64,000 nucleotides of DNA from Craspedostauros australis. Lineage: Eukaryota. The notes under the pieces were generated by a model. That model had not been told where the DNA came from, searched no databases, and worked only from the letters and a program-made list of their open reading frames with translations. A program made the translations under genes and the position numbers. Location of the stretch: positions 1 to 64,000 of the forward strand of contig JALAGF010001848.1 in the NCBI GenBank assembly GCA_030167865.1, given 5' to 3'. Position 1 is the first letter of the stretch; every line of letters starts with the position of its first letter. Of the stretch, positions 58,664-64,000 are shown in pieces.

Positions 58664-61600
58664 CTAAAAGCCAAAGTCGGAGGATGGACTCGCGCCGCCG
58701 AGGTCCTTGTCGACATAGCTTTGTTCGTATTCCTGCATCATGTTGCGCTGCTCTTCGAGATCCACGGTCTGTTGCACGGCGTCTCTCTCGGCTCGCGCAG
58801 CTTCTCGGGCGGCCTTGCGACGATCCTCAGCCTCCTTCTCCTGCTCTTCTCGGAGGCGGGCCTCCTTCTGCTTCTCCTTCACGCGCTGGGCGCGCAGTTC
58901 CTCGCCCTTGCGCTCGGCATCCGCCATGCGCTGTTTGTTGGCGAGCTCTGCCTCCACCTTCTGCTTCTCTTCGCGCTTCTTCCTATCTTCTTCGCGGGCC
59001 TTCGACGCTTCGCGCTTCTGCCTGGCAAGCTGCCATTCGGCGTCATCTTCCCCGCCCTTCTTTTCGGTACCGGCAGACTTCGTGTTCGACATGTTCCAGT
59101 CTGCCATCATACCATCATCGTCGTCGTCATCGTCGTCGTCATCATCATCCTCTTGGAATGCTCCGAAACCACCGGAGAGCTTGAATCCGCTACCCCCTTC
59201 GGACTTGTCCTTGTCGTTTTTCTGGTTGGATGAGCCGTTTGAACCTGCGGTTGAAACCGCAGCGGCTGCTGCTGCAGGCGCAGAAGTGACTGCCGACGAC
59301 GGCGGCGGTGCTGCCTGATTGGTTTCGGCCTCGTCGATCTCGCCCTCTGACTCGGAGTCGCTGTCATCTTTTCCACCAAAGGCAAAGAAGGACCCCGGAT
59401 CAGCCTTCGGTTTGGCTGGGGCAGGTTCAGGAGATGGCACGGGAGCTGGGGCAGGCGCGGGGGCCGGTGCTGGCGCGCTCTTCGCCTTCTGTGCAGCAGC
59501 TGTGGCTCCCTTCTCGCCCTTCTTCCCGGCTCCCTTCCGTCCTCCTCCAGATTTGCGCGTCGCCTTTGTCTGCTTCCGCTTTGGCGGCTTGATGAACTGT
59601 AGAGGAGGCAGTGTATTTTTTGTGACGAGTGTCGATGAGTGTTTGATGGGTATTGCGTGATATGGTTGAGGAACATTGCCGATGTTAGTCCGGCATGATT
59701 GGCGCAGAATTCAAATTCGAAGGAATGATGCAACAACAAAACAGAATAGGGCAGAGTGTGACCACGCTCCGAAGAACAGCAATTCAGCAAACAGCCCAAA
59801 CTGAACTCGTGTGCAACATGCGTGCGCACCACGCAACGGCGCGTTCTTTCTTTCGCCGTATCCTTCTTCTCCTGAACGCAAGCGCAATCACGTACCTTTG
59901 AAACATGACGAAGCAACTTGCGCTGTGTCGCCGTGTCCAATTGATCGATACCAAGATCGATCTGATCCTCGTCGTCGCCCAAATTCGCGGCCTCCCGAAT
60001 GATCTGAATGACGCCTGGTTGGTGCATGGGATCCAGATCGTTGATCGTTTCTGTGAGCAGCTCCTGCTCCTTCCACGTCAACGGCCTGTTGTCATCCAAC
60101 ACCTCAGGCTCCTTCGGCTTCTTCATGGGCGATTTCTTCTTTTGTGGCCTTGGTGCGGGCACCGGAGTAGACACCGGCACATGCGGGGTGGGTTCCGCCA
60201 CGATCGCCGCCAACGCTGGTTTCGCAGCGGCGCTGCTGGGTCCCGACCGGCCGATGTCATCAGGAGACAGTTCGGCGAGCGCCGTGTGCGTCTGGACAAT
60301 CTGCTGCTGCAGCTTCTGGACCAGTTCAAGCAATAACGTGAATTCGGCTCTGGAGACGTTGGAGCTGTGGGCGCTGGATGCACTCGCAGCTGCAATGGCT
60401 GCAATGGTGGACTGGTTCGTGGCGGCCATCTGCCTGGCCTCGTCGTATCGACGTCTCTTCAGGCTCTTGACCTCCTCGGGCGCCTTCTTTCGCTTGCGTT
60501 CGGCTGCCTGGACCTTCTTGCTCTTCTTCTCTTCCGGCAGCGTCTTTCGCACGCTCTGCAGCACCCGCTCGACCTCCTTGTACTTGTTGTTGAAGATGAT
60601 GAGTAGACTGCGGGCGGCCTGATGCACCGAATGGTTCGGATCCACGTTGAAGGTGATGGCGTTCTGGAAGACCAGACGACACAGCCGCGAGAACTCTTCC
60701 GGACCGCCGACCTTGTTCGTCTCCATGCGTTTGCGGATCGTCCCCAAATCCATGGGCTCCTTGATGACCTGCGAGTACGTCGGGATGTCAAGGGCGACGG
60801 GATCGACCTCTTCGCTGAAGTAAGCGCCGAGCTCGACGTCCTTCTTGCGAATGTCGCGCAGGATCTGGTTGCACTTCTCCATGATTCGTGATAGCTGCGC
60901 TTTCGGGTCGTCGTCCTCCAGCCTCATGGGAAGCTTGACGGTGCGAGAGGATTCACGACGCACGATTCTCGCCGGAGGCGTTGTGCTCGGGATGGGATTG
61001 TTGGATACTGCAGCCTTGGTCTTCGGGGCCTTCGCGGTGGAAGTTTCGACGGATGCTGCGGCCTTTGGCTTTGCTGCCGATGCTGCTGCTGCCGATGCTG
61101 ACGGTTCCACCGGCGGGTACGTGCGAAAGAGCTCGACTTGGCCGCTGGTGTTGCTCACGGCGACGAGCGTTCCGGCGAGGGTGAAGGTGCCGATGTTGTT
61201 GATGCCCTTGCCGTAGACGTTGTACGATCCCCCCGAGTTCTTGCGGAACTTCATCACGACCTGCTGATCGACGATCTTCTGATATCTCGTGCCCTGCTTT
61301 CGCAGCTGGAAGGAGCCCTTGTACATGGCAGCGTCCAGAGGGAACTGTCTGCTGCACGCCTTGCTTGCATCTTGCGCAAAATGAGATTCCAAGCGGAATG
61401 TGAAGTTGCTGGCGTGACCGTTCGAGAAATGCTCGCGCGTTATCGCCCAACGACCTTGGCACACGTGCGACCCGTCCTCACCGATTCGAAGGACGCCGCG
61501 TGAGACGGCGGAGTAGGCCGTGCTTTCCGGTGGCGTCAGTGCCTCCAGCTCGCCCTCAGGCACGTCAGGCACTACGACTTCATCCAGTTTCAACTTGGGT

Positions 61601-63069
61601 TCTGCCTGCGCCGGCAGACCACCACGCCTGGATTGGCCCGGTCCGTTGATCGGAGGCGGGGCCGTTGTCGCGCGCTTGGTGGATTTTATCTTCCTCTGTT
61701 GAAAGTGCCTGAATATCGTGACCACATGATCTGCCGTCATGGTTCCGCTGATGTCGTACTTGCCATACACGTTGTAACCCTTGCCCTCGATGTTGTGGTA
61801 CCCCTCGTTGTTCTTGCGGAATCGAAGCGTGATATCACGCTCATTGATGGTGACCTTGGAACCGTCCTCCTGTATGAGCTCGAACCAGCCATTGTACTTG
61901 CCGGAGACGGGGAATTTGCCGCTCGGCGTCGAACTCTTGTGCTCGTACTTGAATGGGCTGCAGAATCCCTTTTTGTTTTCAGGATCGCCAAGAATGAGGT
62001 TCAATCCAGGTGCCCACATTCCCTCAACACGATGCACCACCTCGCCGACGCCCAGCCCCGAGAATCCAGGAGACGATTCGTTGCGTGACAGCTTGCCCCT
62101 CAAACACACCACGCCTTTGTCGTATGTCCTCGACGGAGGCGGCAGAGGGCCTTCTGCAGCAGCGGCAGCAGCTGTGGATCCTGCCTTGGTGGAACTACTG
62201 GTGCCTCCACTACCTCCGTTGGCAGAGTTGTTGTTGCTGGGACCACCGGCGCTTGTTTCGCCCTTCTTGGGTGGCGTGGGAGTTGGTTCGTAGCGCTTGC
62301 GCAGTATGATATCGTACTGGCTGTCTCCGTGCTCACTTGGCTTAGCTGTGCCGTTGATACGGAAGATGCCGAACTTATTGGTTCCCTTGCCATCCACATT
62401 GTACACCGTGCTCCCGTTCTCCGCGCCTGGCTGCTTGGTGAACACGATGTTGACTCCGCGTTCGTTGATCACCTTGCTGCGTTCCTTCTTCTTCCCGCTG
62501 GACCTTTCATGAATGTAGGCAAGGCTGAAGGAACCGTGGAATTCCCCGTTCTTCGGGAAGTCCTTCGGGTCCTCGTCGGGGCCCAGCGTTCGGAGCAGCT
62601 CAAAGCGCTGGGCAGGAAAGGCGTTCGAATTCTCGTAATTCCAGTTTCCGCGGATGAGGTGACGGCGCATGACTAGATCGTACGAAAGGGTGCCACGGAG
62701 GACAGGAGGTGGTGGCGGGGCTGCTGCTCCTGCTGCTGTCCCTGCGGCACCACCCGTGCCCTCCGTCTTTGGCTTCGCAGCATCCGTCGAGCCTCCGCCA
62801 GCACCAGCACCAGAACCTTCGCCTGAAGAATTGTTAGCCGACTCGGTACCGTTTGCCTTTTCCTCATTCTGCTTGGTGTCTCCATTCAAGGCCTCGCTGG
62901 CGCTGCTGGTGGCAGTGGAGTCCGCGGCTTTTGCCTTGGATGATGTTCCATTGGGCTTGGGCTGCGTGGAACTCACATCCTCCATGACGACATCCTCGCT
63001 CTCTCCTCCTGCCCCCGACTTGGACTCTGTTGCGTTCATTGGTTGATTCTGGTGCGTCTCTGACCCCAT
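58664..63069 (-). CDS. BET/GTE-like chromatin reader: three N-terminal beta-rich repeats, one bromodomain, ET (NET) domain, charged C-terminal coil; 2 exons, ~1368 aa
   Basis: Exons 63069-59896 and 59596-58664, phase 0. Bromodomain ~60885-60590 (F...VDPVALDIPTY..VIKEPMDLGTI...LVFQNAITFN). ET domain ~60085-59900 (PLTWKEQELL..IN.L....PGVIQII...IDLGIDQLD..TQRKL). The tail REAARAERDAVQQTVDLEEQRNMM resembles BRD4/GTE C-termini. Confidence 0.92.
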
Positions 63070-63172
63070 GGTGTTCTATCAGAGCGCGTTGTTTGCAAGC
63101 TGCTGGCAAACCCTTGTTGATTTGCGCGTGCAACTCTTGGGATTGAATTGGTGGCAGGCAACGTTTCAACAC

Positions 63173-63233
63173 GCTTGCTCGTACGCTTGCTCGTGCTCGT
63201 ACTCTTGCTCGTGCTCGTACTCTTGTTCGTGCT
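63173..63233. repeat. Short tandem repeat upstream of the BET-like gene (18-nt unit CTTGCTCGTGCTCGTACT, two full copies plus partial copies)
   Basis: Exact copies at 63186-63203 and 63204-63221, with degenerate flanking copies. Confidence 0.85.
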
Positions 63234-64000
63234 GAAGCGAAACCAAACTCAAACTGTCGTCTCTTGACCAGCTGTCCTCGTCACACCACTGTGTTTTGGA
63301 AAATCTGGTCTTGTTGCTTCCTCGTTTGCGGCGAGGTGTATCCGCACAGTGTTGGTGTGGTACAGTACAATACGACACGACACGATACGTTGCGGCTTCG
63401 TGTGACTTGCTGCGTGTTTGTCCCGTGCGACCTGCTCTGGTCTGGTGCCCGAACGTGGTCTCTTCGTTTGCTGTCGTGTTTGTGTAGTTGCTGCTCCCAC
63501 AGTTGCTGCTCCCACAGTTGTTGCTGCTGTTCCTATTGGACTTCCGCGGCAAGTACCGTCTCTGCGCTGCTCAATCGTTGCTGCTCCACTCGATTACTGC
63601 TCGTGCTGATTCTACGCTGATCCTGCTCCCTCTTGTCTCCAGAGTTGCATCGTTCGCCGCCGATCTTCTTCTTCGATGATGTCGTTGATGTCGTTGTCGT
63701 TATTGATACCGTTGTTGCTGTTGCTGTTGCTGTTGCCGATGCCGATGCCAGAGAGAGACCAGCTGGCGAAGTGATCAATGGTGAGTGCGATGTCCGTTGG
63801 CGACGATGATGACGGAGATATAGTGATGATGCTGGGTTTTGGTCGTGCTCCTTGCTCTTCGTGCTTGTCCTTCCTCGTCCCCGCTGTTGTGCCCATGTTG
63901 TCAGTCGTTGTTGTCGTGGTGGTTGTCGTGGTGGTTGTCGCTGCTGTTTCGTTCCGCGTGTTGCGCTGTTCCTTCTCGTTGCGACATCTGCGAATTTTGT

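Noticed and set aside
63166-64000. Short ORFs upstream of the BET-like gene (HEQEYEHEQEYE repeat; Thr/Asn-rich ORFs)
   Set aside because: They arise from simple tandem and trinucleotide repeats, with no evidence of coding function.

Overview
Gene-dense eukaryotic nuclear DNA with GT-AG introns of roughly 250-800 nt. It is almost certainly a diatom or other photosynthetic stramenopile, because phytoene synthase and an Hsp70 carry bipartite signal+transit presequences. I reconstructed 15 protein-coding genes by hand, checking splice sites and reading phase. In order: orphan coiled-coil protein, NEMF/Rqc2, an acidic/poly-Lys glyoxalase-like (VOC) protein with short 3' exons, a probable periplastid Hsp70, cytochrome c1, a myosin with ~6 IQ motifs and a PH-like tail, phytoene synthase, UFD1, a kinesin-14, MED31, a PPR protein, a CRT-like transporter, an MFSD8-like transporter, a second orphan coiled-coil protein, and a bromodomain+ET protein. 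A truncated PIF/Harbinger-type transposase spans an assembly gap near the left edge. The standout observation is that the kinesin-14 begins with an apparent NudE/NDE1/NDEL1 coiled coil. It keeps the residues known to bind LIS1 and most of those known to bind dynein, so a dynein regulator appears fused to a minus-end-type kinesin. Other leads: three tandem uncharacterised beta-rich domains in the BET-like protein, an LRGG motif in the Hsp70 presequence, and a dispersed ACGAGTAC motif enriched in non-coding DNA. No tRNA, rRNA or CRISPR features were seen. All family assignments come from motif recognition; no database searches were run.
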